In this document: positions 10,265-20,753 of the stretch, piece by piece | Position numbering within the stretch: position 1 is the stretch's first letter | Layout: every line of letters starts with the position of its first letter | Virus record (IMG/VR): IMGVR_UViG_3300038679_000051 | Span: 1-64,000 of that record | Source of the DNA: a virus | Taxonomy: Duplodnaviria > Caudoviricetes | Direction: 5' to 3' (one strand) | DNA length: 64,000 bases | The notes under the pieces: model-generated | What the model was told of the DNA's origin: nothing | Seen by the model: the letters and a program-made list of their open reading frames with translations, nothing else | Database searches by the model: none | Program-made: the position numbers and the translations under genes

Positions 10265-10321
10265 TCCATTGTAGACATCTTTGCCCTATATGATTTATCA
10301 ACGTGGGTCGTCTTGTCAATT

Positions 10322-10858
10322 CTAGAGCCAATAAAGCACTGTGGATCGAGCGTCGTGATTTAATGGTATTTGCCAGACAAAATAATAGGCATGATCTGGG
10401 TCTTGATCAGAGACAAAGTGTTCTATGTTGTTACGAAGGGTTGCGATGCCTGTGTGTTTCTCGCCATCAATGACATAAAACTCTAGGGGCTGGCTTTTCC
10501 ATTTTGTGCCGTCATAAGTGATATCGGGCCAGAATCTACTATTATGCATCTTTTTTAACAACGGCCTCAATTCTACCGCATAAAGATCAAAGGTGGTTGG
10601 GTCGACAGAATTACTATAAGGAGAATTAATTATAGCTGACAGAAAGATGTCTGCATTAATCAATTCAGTGACTATGACGTGGTCAGGTGGTGGTTCGTTC
10701 GGAGTTCCACCATTACCGACATGTTTTTTCCAATTATCTTTTACAAATTGAATGAGACTGGTTAATGATTCAAGGGTTGCAGTCTCAATAAATTGGAGTT
10801 GAATTTGCGACATTGCCTTAAAATATGGATGGCGATCGGCTGCACTGTTCATATCCAA
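10322..10858 (-). CDS. Hypothetical protein
   Basis: 178-aa ORF with no competing long ORF. Confidence 0.7.
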   Translation of the reverse strand: MDMNSAADRHPYFKAMSQIQLQFIETATLESLTSLIQFVKDNWKKHVGNGGTPNEPPPDHVIVTELINADIFLSAIINSPYSNSVDPTTFDLYAVELRPLLKKMHNSRFWPDITYDGTKWKSQPLEFYVIDGEKHTGIATLRNNIEHFVSDQDPDHAYYFVWQIPLNHDARSTVLYWL

Positions 10859-10882
10859 AATTATCGACGTAATGCCGTCTTG

Positions 10883-11560
10883 TCAATACTCTTTTTCTTC
10901 CCATTTTACACCAGATTGGAAAGCGTTGACGTCCTCTAAATATTGTTGACGCGTAGCCCGAATGGTAAATGCATCAATGTGCAATTTTGATGCATATTGA
11001 TCTAAAATGCCTTTTGCGGCTCTCGCTTTATGGGAATTCACCCAATCAGCGACAATTATAAAACGGGTAGAAGGATTCTCTTTTGTTCTTTGACGCAAAT
11101 AATCTATAAAATCACTGCCATCCATGGCATTAAACATCTTACCGAGCGTTTCTGGATCATCTGGAGGAAGATTCTGGGAAATTGATTCAAGTTTGATTTT
11201 TCCTATGCGTTTAGGAGGTCCTATATATTTTCTTGATAAATTGACGGTATTTTGAGCGTATTTGGTGGTTCCGACTTCATCAATATCGGAATTACTCGGT
11301 TTTCTTACCTCACCAACACTACCTGTACCACCTTGGCGTACATGTTCAATCGTATCATCTGAATATTGTTTTGATCCAACTTCAGTTATGTCATTATCCT
11401 CGTTGAACCATTTATTCCGTTGTTCTGGGTGCGTCATGAAACTTAGGCGATTCTTACCCTTACCACCGCGTATCTTGATTTTGCTTTTGTCACCCAATTT
11501 ACCGGGATGACCGGACACCGCCTGCCAACTTCCATCTTCGTGTAAATTGCTTAATTTCAT
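10883..11560 (-). CDS. Hypothetical protein, possibly head-packaged
   Basis: 225 aa, N-terminus MKLSNLHED. Confidence 0.7.
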   Translation of the reverse strand: MKLSNLHEDGSWQAVSGHPGKLGDKSKIKIRGGKGKNRLSFMTHPEQRNKWFNEDNDITEVGSKQYSDDTIEHVRQGGTGSVGEVRKPSNSDIDEVGTTKYAQNTVNLSRKYIGPPKRIGKIKLESISQNLPPDDPETLGKMFNAMDGSDFIDYLRQRTKENPSTRFIIVADWVNSHKARAAKGILDQYASKLHIDAFTIRATRQQYLEDVNAFQSGVKWEEKEY

Positions 11561-11564
11561 GGTT

Positions 11565-11720
11565 TTACTCCGTTTTTGCTTCCTCTTTTACTTCGGTTTT
11601 CACTTCCTCTTTTGCTTCGGTTTTCACTTCTTCCGTCTTCACTTCCGTTACTTCTCCGGTTTTCGCACAACCGAATAACCCAACCAATCCAAACACTGCC
11701 AAACAAGCCATTAAACGCAT
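11565..11720 (-). CDS. Small lipoprotein with (V/A)KTE repeats
   Basis: MRLMACLAVFGLVGLFG-C lipobox; GGAG RBS. Confidence 0.65.
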   Translation of the reverse strand: MRLMACLAVFGLVGLFGCAKTGEVTEVKTEEVKTEAKEEVKTEVKEEAKTE

Positions 11721-11805
11721 GATCTCATCTCCTTTGTCTCTGTTTTCCGTTGTTTTGTTACGCACAAATTATCTTTGACGTATTTAATAAGAGGGAGGAA
11801 ATTTC

Positions 11806-12384
11806 ATGAACGTTTTTATGGGCATAGACTTATCACTTACTGGCACTGCTTATGCTTTCCATGATGGTGAGACATATGACTGGCGACTAATAGAGACCAA
11901 ACCAAAAGAACATATTGATCGATGGCATAGATATGAGTTCATCGCCAATGAAGTCTGTACGGCGATAGAAAGTAGAAATCCGTCATTCGTCATATTGGAA
12001 GATTATATATGTAGTCCATATAACGTGAAAACCACCATGGCATTGATCGAAATGGGTGCAATAGTCAGACACAAGATTAATGGGACTAAAATCAACGACC
12101 ATAACGTCCCATGGATGACCGTCGTCGGCAGTCAATTGAAGAAATACATTACGGGTCGTGGGATCGGTCATAAATCACTAATTATGAAGGAAGTTTATAA
12201 GAATTTGGACGTTGACGTAAACGACGATAATGTGGCGGATGCAATAGTGTTATCTAAGATCGCGGCGGACATGCATGTGTACAGACATGACAATGTCTTG
12301 CCGCAGTTAAAATATAGAGCTGAAGTATTAAAGAAAATTGAATCCAATCGTGAGACGTTTAATGAGTCGTACTGGGTCAGGTAA
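11806..12384 (+). CDS. ruvC: RuvC-like Holliday junction resolvase
   Basis: GIDLSLTGTA, VILEDY, KKYITGRG..K, DDNVADA catalytic motifs. Confidence 0.88.
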   Translation: MNVFMGIDLSLTGTAYAFHDGETYDWRLIETKPKEHIDRWHRYEFIANEVCTAIESRNPSFVILEDYICSPYNVKTTMALIEMGAIVRHKINGTKINDHNVPWMTVVGSQLKKYITGRGIGHKSLIMKEVYKNLDVDVNDDNVADAIVLSKIAADMHVYRHDNVLPQLKYRAEVLKKIESNRETFNESYWVR

Positions 12385-12417
12385 TCTGCGGACAATAATG
12401 ATCGGAGAGAAAATCAA

Positions 12418-13356
12418 ATGCGAGCTGATTGTCATAGGCATTTTGCTGGAAGCATATCCGTAGACCATGTGTGGGACATGATATGTCGACATAATGCTTA
12501 TGATGTGGCGACTGATGTGGAAGATTTAAAGAGAAAAATGACGTTTAATGGTAATGATGAGCATGATTTTGATCTTTTTTTGAAGAAATTCAACGTTTTC
12601 AATAAGATTCCGTGGACTATGATTGAAATAGAAATGGCGATTGATTCGATTGCACGTTCTTTAAGAGATGAATGCATTGATTATTGTGAATTGAAATTCT
12701 CGCTTTATAAATATGGTCGTGACCACATCATCGAGGCTGCAGAAACCATTTGTAATAAATTAAATTCAATTAAAGACGTCATGATCGTACCAGTACTGTC
12801 GTTTAAATATGAAAGCGAACCGGCCGAACAAATTTGGTTATCCAATACATTGCTTAGGCACAAAGTTTCGGACAAAATACAAGCAATAGATTTTGTTGGC
12901 AATGAACGATGTTTCGAGGACGTCCGTGTTCGCGACGTATGTTGCGTCATATGTGAAGATTGGATCTCCTATGGCAAAATAGCGGCAATGCACGTTGGTG
13001 AGAGCCAGACGGGCACGAACGTCCGAAAGGCCATTAAGATGGGCGTCAGGAGAATATGTCATGGCATTCGGGCCATTGACGATGATCCTGGTGCCATTGA
13101 TATGGCAAATGAATATGGTGTGTGTTTTGATATGGCATTGTCATCAAATTATAGAACCGGCGTTATAAGAGACTTGAGGGATCATCCAATCAAGAAATTT
13201 TTGCGGAAAGGATGTGAAGTGACCATTGGCACTGATGATCCAGTAGTGTTGAACACTACTTTGACGAAGGAGTATGACATTGCCAAGAACGTAGTTGGAT
13301 TATCGTCGGATGAAATAAATCTATTAAAAACTAATGCCGCCGAAAGACGGTCGTAA
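12418..13356 (+). CDS. Adenosine/AMP deaminase-family amidohydrolase
   Basis: DCHRHFAGS (HxH), MHVGES, ICHGI, IGTDDP: full metal/catalytic set. Confidence 0.9.
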   Translation: MRADCHRHFAGSISVDHVWDMICRHNAYDVATDVEDLKRKMTFNGNDEHDFDLFLKKFNVFNKIPWTMIEIEMAIDSIARSLRDECIDYCELKFSLYKYGRDHIIEAAETICNKLNSIKDVMIVPVLSFKYESEPAEQIWLSNTLLRHKVSDKIQAIDFVGNERCFEDVRVRDVCCVICEDWISYGKIAAMHVGESQTGTNVRKAIKMGVRRICHGIRAIDDDPGAIDMANEYGVCFDMALSSNYRTGVIRDLRDHPIKKFLRKGCEVTIGTDDPVVLNTTLTKEYDIAKNVVGLSSDEINLLKTNAAERRS

Positions 13357-13442
13357 AATATATTATATGGAAATCATCGTAATCATCATTTTGTTTTGCA
13401 TTTTGTATGGTTCGACTAGAGGAAGTGAGGATAAATAGTTAT

Positions 13443-15116
13443 ATGGCTGAAGCTACAGTTTGTAAACCATATCCGAATCAACCGTTCAATGGACAGGTGA
13501 TGGTTGATTCGTATGGCGTTAGGTGGATATTTGATGGTGAGTTTAATTGTTGGCGTAGGGATGCCAGCGTTTCTAAATTTCCGTTGGCCAATAGAACTAC
13601 GACTGGTTTAATGTCGGCGCATGATAAAGGTTTAATTGATTCAATACCGCATAAAGGTGGTGGATTTGGGATAATAGTTAAACCATTACTTGGGGTGTCG
13701 GACCCGGCAAATCCAGATGGTGTGATCTGGGGTGACGTCGAATTCGTTTCAGATTCCATAGACATCACATGTGTAACTGGTGACGGTTCGGAATTGAAAA
13801 ATCTGAAACAACCGGGGTGCAACCCTGCTGGATGTTCGGTTGGTTCGACGCCAGACAATGCTCCAAAACCAGGTTTCAATTTTCAGGTCAGTCAGAAATT
13901 TATAAATTCATTATGCTTTGAGATACCGGGTTGTGCCGGTCCTAAGGGTGAGACTGGTCCATTAGGCAAGCGGGGTGCGCCTGGCACTGGGGATGGACCA
14001 CAGGGGGCCAAAGGTGATCCTGGCGTCGATGCACTTGAACCCCATAAGTTTACTGGCATTAAAACGATAGAATTGGATGAAATTAGGGATACGGCCATTG
14101 TTGGATTAGAATTGAATCCTGAACGGGGGATAATGTCAGTAATTAAGTCGCGCATGCGCGTGCCGACCAGTGACATACCAGCCGATCAAGTTATAGCTTC
14201 ACCGATCATTAGAAGCATCGAATTTACCGACGATGAATTTGGATATGAAATTGTGAAATTAGGGGATGATCCATTATCGTCAACAGACGTTACAACCATG
14301 CATTATCCTCGTGGGTTTGAACCGGGTGGTGAGATTAAAGAGACAGACGTAAATGCCAGCACGTTGTCAGCATTCATCAATTCAATTGTGAATTATTATA
14401 GAAATGAACTCCTGAAATTGAATGAGAAATATGACGTTCAAATCAGAGAACACATAATTGGTAGAGACGATGCAGCTAGACAACAATTGAACATTCTCGC
14501 TGAAGAATTGGCTAATTGTGAATTTAAACTGCCCATTGAGACGTGTTTTGGAATATCTCCCGAAGATTGTGGCGAGGGTGATCCAAACGATGCTCTTGCC
14601 GTGTATTTCTTCGGTGAGAAATACAAAGACGGTGCAAGCATCATTGATATAGGTACGTTTACGTTGACGCCGGGAGTGGACGTATTGGTCAGGATTGATG
14701 AAAACGGGAAGGGCAATTTCTTCTCGACTACGTTGCCTGACGGCGATTATGTCATTCAATATATTGGCGGTGCCATTTACGATCAAATTGACTCAACCGC
14801 TGGATATGTGGTCGGTTCCAGCGTTGCTGGGGTTGGCGTTTCAGCCCAAATAATCACTACTAGTACCGTCACGTTGAAATTGCCACAAACTACGGAATCA
14901 CATAACAAATTCGATTCTGAATCGGTACAAAACGCATATTTAAACGGTCCAATCCTAGAGAAGGCAATGGTAACGTCGTTGCCGGATACCGGCGGTAGGA
15001 TCATTCTGCGTGCTGACGTTGCAAGTGGCATAGGCACGGGTGAAATATACATGCGCGTCGTGCGTTTCACGTTGAAGCGTACACACGTCGTCAACGAAGT
15101 CATACCGGAACCATAA
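13443..15116 (+). CDS. Fibre/structural protein with short collagen segment
   Basis: GLMS..DK motif; GPKGETGPLGKRGAPG..GPQGAKGDPG. Confidence 0.75.
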   Translation: MAEATVCKPYPNQPFNGQVMVDSYGVRWIFDGEFNCWRRDASVSKFPLANRTTTGLMSAHDKGLIDSIPHKGGGFGIIVKPLLGVSDPANPDGVIWGDVEFVSDSIDITCVTGDGSELKNLKQPGCNPAGCSVGSTPDNAPKPGFNFQVSQKFINSLCFEIPGCAGPKGETGPLGKRGAPGTGDGPQGAKGDPGVDALEPHKFTGIKTIELDEIRDTAIVGLELNPERGIMSVIKSRMRVPTSDIPADQVIASPIIRSIEFTDDEFGYEIVKLGDDPLSSTDVTTMHYPRGFEPGGEIKETDVNASTLSAFINSIVNYYRNELLKLNEKYDVQIREHIIGRDDAARQQLNILAEELANCEFKLPIETCFGISPEDCGEGDPNDALAVYFFGEKYKDGASIIDIGTFTLTPGVDVLVRIDENGKGNFFSTTLPDGDYVIQYIGGAIYDQIDSTAGYVVGSSVAGVGVSAQIITTSTVTLKLPQTTESHNKFDSESVQNAYLNGPILEKAMVTSLPDTGGRIILRADVASGIGTGEIYMRVVRFTLKRTHVVNEVIPEP

Positions 15117-15119
15117 ACC

Positions 15120-18100
15120 ATGGGATTTCCTCCGAATCCGATCGATAAACAAATAGTTGAAGTTGGTGGGTCGGTCTACATTTATTCAACGTCAAGCAAA
15201 GCATGGATTAGGGTAGATGGGATATTTGATCCATCTTTAGCTACGCCACAGTCTGATGGGTTGATGTCTAAAGAAGATTTTAATAAGATCATGGGTTTGT
15301 TATTGCCTCCACCGAGAATCACACTGACTTCACAGGATTGCAATGCGAAATTCGATCAAGGCGTAATTTCATTACGTTCATTAGATGAATCCTTAAACAT
15401 AACGTCATCACCTAAAATAATGAACAAAATTGCCGGGGTTTCTGGTCAAGATAAACCATGGCATTTACATGAAGATACCCATGCATTCGATTTTACCGTA
15501 AACATTGATCAATTATTGGAAGAGGTGTCGCAACGTGGCAAATTGCGATACAAAAAGACAAAAGGCCCACAAGGGGCAAAGGGACCAAGGGGTGAACCGG
15601 GGATTGACCGCTTAGATACGGGTCCACAGGGTCCTGTCGGCGATCCTGGTGCCAATGCTCCATTTGATGGCATCTTGACGTTGGATAACGTTTCATTTGT
15701 ACAAGCTGACCCAAACGCAAATCGGGCAATAGTTGACATAACTACGGAAAGCATCTCTCCTGAAGAGAATTATATAGTGGTAAGTCGTGCCACTATTGGC
15801 AATCCAAATGCTTGTCCAAAATTAGTGAGGCCGAAGAAATATAACAGCCCATGGTTGTTAGTCGCTGACGTACCGCCCGGTCAGTGTTTCGTGCGAGATC
15901 CAAAATGTGATACGTCATGCGGTACGACGTTGTATTACGTTGACGTGACGATCATTTTGCAATTGTTACAAGAACGATATGAGACGTTGGTTCGTACTTT
16001 GAAAGCCAGAAAAGAAGCATTGGTACTTGAGTGGATGAGGACGATGATTGCCGTCTTCAATACTCAGAAGAATGCCATATGTTGTGCTTTAGAAAACTGT
16101 CAATCTAGAACGAGAAACCAGGATTTCCGTGACAGAGTTGACAATGCTCGAATTCAAGCAGCACAAAGCGATTTAAAATTAATCATGCAGGGGCCAGGTA
16201 AGGATATGATTGAAATGGATCCGGACAAGGAATGTTCTTTGCCCGGTGGTGGTGCAGACGTGGTACAAATGAAGTGTTCATCGTTGATCCAATCCATTCC
16301 AAACAGTTGGGTACAATCGCCGGATGGTTATGAACCGGTGCCGCTCGCAGACATCCCTGGTATGAATTTGCCAAACGGTGGGCCATGGACCGATGCACCG
16401 ACGCCATATAATTTGGCCGTCGATTTGGAGCGTGGTCTATATAGAGCTAAAATAATTGATTGTTGCCCAGTAAACATCGGTGATGCTGATCCGGGTGGTG
16501 TAGGGACTGATGACGTTGCCACTCGAAATGGTAATTGGCGAACTACTGGCGACATGAAACGGTGGAGAAATTCTGGATTGGTGGTTGTGAACATTGGCGA
16601 CAATAAGGCGATGGTCATAGGTGGTTTAGGGGGCGTTAATCATCCAAAAACTGACAGTGGTTGGAATATGGATTATGTCAGCAGTAGGACTATCCCAGAA
16701 ATTTATGACTATTCGACTGAGAGATGGACGGATGCTGCGTCCGTAACATATGCGCCGGGATATATTGGTGGACATAATGCCATTCTTTTAAACAATGGTA
16801 AAGTTCTGCTTGCTGGTGGTTATGATGCCTATTCTGGGGCTTACGCACCGTTCTGTGAATTATATAATCCATCTACTGATACTTGGGCAACAACTGGTAA
16901 TATGGTTGGCGTACTTGGTCGTCGTGAATTTACCATGACGATGCTCAATGATGGTAGGGTTTTGGTTGTCGGGGGGCGACATCCAACTAGCGCATCAAGT
17001 TATGCAAGTTTGACGCCCACCATTTCGTGTGAGATTTATGATCCAAACACTGGAACCTGGGCTGTGACCGGCGGTATGTCGGTGCCTAGATTTGGACATA
17101 CGGCAACGTTATTGTCTAATGGTACGGTGCTCGTTGCTGGTGGTAGAGATGGAAGTTCGGTAACGCATAAGACGGCGGAAATTTATGACATAGCTTCTGG
17201 GACGTGGTCTCAGACTGGCGAAATGACTTATGGGGTATATGGACATGATGCAGCATTAATGACGGATGGAAGGGTCGTCATTGCTGGTGGTGTGAAATCC
17301 GACCCAAGCGTTTATACTGCAACGGAAACTACATCATGTCAATTTTATACGCCATCTACTAATTCATGGATTAATGCACCAGAGATGCACACTGGGTCAA
17401 GTAGATTGGCAATATTGCCTAACGGCAATATGTTGAATGGTGGTCCGAGAGCCAGCGAAGTGTTAGCAAGATCAGATGGATCATATAAATGGGGTGACAT
17501 ATATACGTCGGCAAGCGGTGGAACAAATGTTGCATCAACTACGCTTGACAATAGCGTCATAATTGCAGTGGGGCATAATACAATTAGTTATGGATTCAAT
17601 AAGAATTCGTCCGTTTATGAACCATTGACTGCAGGAAATGAGATTGATCCATACAATCCAGAAGGTGCATATCCCACAATCCACAAATCACGCAAGATAC
17701 AATTGGCATATAATTCAGGTGACAATTATTTGGTATTAGGCCAAATCAAGGATTATTCAAAGGAAATTGCCAAGCTGGGCGGCGTAAAGGCGCTGGATCC
17801 TGCGTCGGTCGTCTGGCCGAAATTGCATAACATCATGAATTCGGATCCAAACAATCATGTGCCGGTTCTATTCAGTCACAATGGTGGTTGGGTAGGAAGT
17901 TTCATCAATCATGATCAGCCCTATACTAATTCCGGTCCAAACGACGCCATAGTGATGGGTCCTGCAACCATATTAATTGAAGACATGGAGTGTGCCTGTC
18001 GTGGTGCGCTCGTCACACTTGATCCTCGCATCCACGTTACGTCGGAATTCAATGAAAACATCGGCGTGCGCGTTGATGGGTTGCAAGCGGGCGAATATGT

Positions 18101-18842
18101 CATAGAGATCGTCGATTGTTGTAGTGCTTATAAGGAAGGTCTCTATACCGGTGCTTTCCGATATACGCAACAAATGAATGATGGAAAATACAAGACTTCT
18201 GAAGTCATGATACCGAGCGGTCAACCATATCCAGATGAAGACGCCTTCCCAACGCTTGCCGAGGCTGAAGCGGCATATCTTGGATTGCGACATTCACTGA
18301 GTCATCCTGGCGGGCCGCTTTGGCTTTGGATTCGGGATGTGCCAATTGAAGATAATTTTGGTTCGACTACGTTACTTATTAAAGACGTGCTTTGCTATGA
18401 GCAAGACATAGTGGGCACTGACGTTACTGGTGCTGCGCCATTAATTCCTAATAGTTGTGAAATGGCTGCAACTCAAGTAGAATGGTATGAACGCGGTTGG
18501 CGCATTGAGGAATGTTGCGGTGCATATGTCGTGGTTGATGGCGTCAAATGGATAGTGGTTAAACGGAGTCTAGGCGTAGACATGACGTGTGGCGGCGGTG
18601 AAACTATGAATACGCCATGCGTACGAAAATTCATAGAGGCTGAAGCTGGGCATCCGGCAATAGCTTGGCCTACGCTTGATGGCGTAGAATTTGAAGGACG
18701 GCCGGATTCAGGCGTGGCGACGTTTTATTATGATAAGACCATGTCAGACAAAATCATGCAGAAAATATTGGCAGATGAATCAATCAAAACGCTAGGCGAT
18801 CCTAAATCAATAGAATTGATTCTAACCCCTGCGATTCAGTAA
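15120..18842 (+). CDS. Large fibre protein with collagen segment and Kelch beta-propeller
   Basis: GLMSKED motif, G-X-Y run, repeated H.A.LL.nG.VL..GG...CE.YdP.T.tW Kelch units. Confidence 0.85.
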   Translation: MGFPPNPIDKQIVEVGGSVYIYSTSSKAWIRVDGIFDPSLATPQSDGLMSKEDFNKIMGLLLPPPRITLTSQDCNAKFDQGVISLRSLDESLNITSSPKIMNKIAGVSGQDKPWHLHEDTHAFDFTVNIDQLLEEVSQRGKLRYKKTKGPQGAKGPRGEPGIDRLDTGPQGPVGDPGANAPFDGILTLDNVSFVQADPNANRAIVDITTESISPEENYIVVSRATIGNPNACPKLVRPKKYNSPWLLVADVPPGQCFVRDPKCDTSCGTTLYYVDVTIILQLLQERYETLVRTLKARKEALVLEWMRTMIAVFNTQKNAICCALENCQSRTRNQDFRDRVDNARIQAAQSDLKLIMQGPGKDMIEMDPDKECSLPGGGADVVQMKCSSLIQSIPNSWVQSPDGYEPVPLADIPGMNLPNGGPWTDAPTPYNLAVDLERGLYRAKIIDCCPVNIGDADPGGVGTDDVATRNGNWRTTGDMKRWRNSGLVVVNIGDNKAMVIGGLGGVNHPKTDSGWNMDYVSSRTIPEIYDYSTERWTDAASVTYAPGYIGGHNAILLNNGKVLLAGGYDAYSGAYAPFCELYNPSTDTWATTGNMVGVLGRREFTMTMLNDGRVLVVGGRHPTSASSYASLTPTISCEIYDPNTGTWAVTGGMSVPRFGHTATLLSNGTVLVAGGRDGSSVTHKTAEIYDIASGTWSQTGEMTYGVYGHDAALMTDGRVVIAGGVKSDPSVYTATETTSCQFYTPSTNSWINAPEMHTGSSRLAILPNGNMLNGGPRASEVLARSDGSYKWGDIYTSASGGTNVASTTLDNSVIIAVGHNTISYGFNKNSSVYEPLTAGNEIDPYNPEGAYPTIHKSRKIQLAYNSGDNYLVLGQIKDYSKEIAKLGGVKALDPASVVWPKLHNIMNSDPNNHVPVLFSHNGGWVGSFINHDQPYTNSGPNDAIVMGPATILIEDMECACRGALVTLDPRIHVTSEFNENIGVRVDGLQAGEYVIEIVDCCSAYKEGLYTGAFRYTQQMNDGKYKTSEVMIPSGQPYPDEDAFPTLAEAEAAYLGLRHSLSHPGGPLWLWIRDVPIEDNFGSTTLLIKDVLCYEQDIVGTDVTGAAPLIPNSCEMAATQVEWYERGWRIEECCGAYVVVDGVKWIVVKRSLGVDMTCGGGETMNTPCVRKFIEAEAGHPAIAWPTLDGVEFEGRPDSGVATFYYDKTMSDKIMQKILADESIKTLGDPKSIELILTPAIQ

Positions 18843-18850
18843 ATAATGAC

Positions 18851-19471
18851 ATGAAAATAAAAACGAGTTTATTTTGTGCAACGTCCAGGAACGTACGGTG
18901 GCAGACGTGGCTTAGAGAACATGCTAAAGATCTTTATGACGACTTAATGAAAACGATCAAGGGAAACAGTTGTAAAGCCAACAAAGATAAAATGATGCAA
19001 ATATTGGTTGCGATTCGCGAACGAAATATGATTGAAAAATTTGAAAATTTGGTAAGGTCGGAATTCCCATATTTAGAGGATCGACCGCCACGATTGGTAA
19101 ATTCCATACCCAAACCGAATTGTTTCAAAAAGAAACTTACGCCGCCGGAAAAGATTATTGATTTAAATCCAGAAGAAGAAATGGCAGTCAATAAACATAA
19201 AGTGTTCAGATCATACCGACCGCATACGTTGACGTTTCCTTGTCGTTTAATCATCATTGGTAGAAACAAAGAAGAATTAAAAAAAAGGGCGTTGACGTTT
19301 ACTAGAAATAAAATTGGGGTTGATTGGATCATAATTGAAGATAGGGTGTATATAGAATATTTCTTTGAACAATATAGGAAGACGGTAGAAAAAATCAATG
19401 TGGAGGATCGTGAAATATTTCAATATCGTAGGGCGAACAATCTTCCAGATGGACATAGAGGTGATCTATGA
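18851..19471 (+). CDS. Hypothetical basic protein
   Basis: 206-aa ORF in operon. Confidence 0.65.
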   Translation: MKIKTSLFCATSRNVRWQTWLREHAKDLYDDLMKTIKGNSCKANKDKMMQILVAIRERNMIEKFENLVRSEFPYLEDRPPRLVNSIPKPNCFKKKLTPPEKIIDLNPEEEMAVNKHKVFRSYRPHTLTFPCRLIIIGRNKEELKKRALTFTRNKIGVDWIIIEDRVYIEYFFEQYRKTVEKINVEDREIFQYRRANNLPDGHRGDL

Positions 19472-20700
19472 CTAAGGGATTCGTTTATGGTTGCAATAGC
19501 GGCGATTTCATCAATTTAATCGTTTCAATAAATGCATTGCGTCATTATAGTCATGCTGAACCGATCTGCGTATATGATTTAGGATTGAGAAAAGATCAAT
19601 GTTCGTTTTTGACGAATGAATTGTCAGTGACCGTTTCAGAAATTCCGGCGACGATAAAATTGAACAAGAGATGGCAACGTGAATGTAAATCTTATATCAT
19701 GTCGAATAAACAATTCGACCACGTGATATGTTTAGAATGTAACGTAATGCCATTGACTAATTTTAATGATCTGTTTGAATGCGTCAAAGACGGATCGATC
19801 GTTGGGATTAAAGAAGGAGATGGTGCATTCTATGGTCCTGACCATCGCAGATATGGGTTCATGGAAGATTTCTTCAACAACAAATATGTGTCAATCGCCA
19901 TTATGGCGCTTGACGTCAATAAACATGAGGCAATGCTTAAAAAATGGTGTGATCAATGTCATGAAATCATCTTTTGTGATGATTCAATGCGGTGGCCTGA
20001 ATTTGAGCAAGACGTATTTAACGTAATTGCGTGTTCATCGGGTGAATATGAAAAGATAATGCCGCTGGAGTATGACATATGGTATGGTAAATGGTCATTT
20101 ATAAACAATCTACCTATAGTGATTGATCATAAGATAAACATGGCTACGCAGACTGGGGACATACAGCGTGCATTATATTGTGATTTTGGAAATCCAGGCA
20201 GAGTTGAAATGTTGAGTAGGAATAACGTTCTTGATCCTTTATTTGTATATCTCAAATTTCTATTCAACGGTCCGACGCCACCATCAGTTCCAAATCATCT
20301 AAATGTCTTCAGACATAAACATCAAAACCAAATAGACATGCTTGACCCTAAACCAGATGCTCGAAAAACACCAAGATTGAGTGACGACGTCGTATTAATT
20401 TTTAATGATTTAAATGTGCAATTTTATGATGGCACTGTAGTTTTAAAATTCGACGAACCATTGCAAGCATTCAATCTATTAAAGCAAATGAAATTTTCAG
20501 ATGCATATGTTTTTGGTCTCGATACGACTAAAAGAGACCAAAGTGACATTCATAGGTTGACTACCACAATTAATGATTTCGGTAGACGAAAGAGGAAAGT
20601 ACACATATGTCATGATAGTGAGATACCATTGGAATGGGTAAATTTCTTTGGTATCGTGAGCCATATATCTGTTTCGGAGGGATTAAAACAAACCACTTAA
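19468..20700 (+). CDS. Glycosyltransferase-like (GT-A, GT8-like) protein
   Basis: LIVSINALRHYS..VYDLGL; VICLECNV at the DxD position; EQDVFN. Confidence 0.7.
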   Translation: MTKGFVYGCNSGDFINLIVSINALRHYSHAEPICVYDLGLRKDQCSFLTNELSVTVSEIPATIKLNKRWQRECKSYIMSNKQFDHVICLECNVMPLTNFNDLFECVKDGSIVGIKEGDGAFYGPDHRRYGFMEDFFNNKYVSIAIMALDVNKHEAMLKKWCDQCHEIIFCDDSMRWPEFEQDVFNVIACSSGEYEKIMPLEYDIWYGKWSFINNLPIVIDHKINMATQTGDIQRALYCDFGNPGRVEMLSRNNVLDPLFVYLKFLFNGPTPPSVPNHLNVFRHKHQNQIDMLDPKPDARKTPRLSDDVVLIFNDLNVQFYDGTVVLKFDEPLQAFNLLKQMKFSDAYVFGLDTTKRDQSDIHRLTTTINDFGRRKRKVHICHDSEIPLEWVNFFGIVSHISVSEGLKQTT

Positions 20701-20753
20701 AATAGCCGTTTAAGAAAACATATTAATAGGATTGATTTTACCATCTTAGGAGA

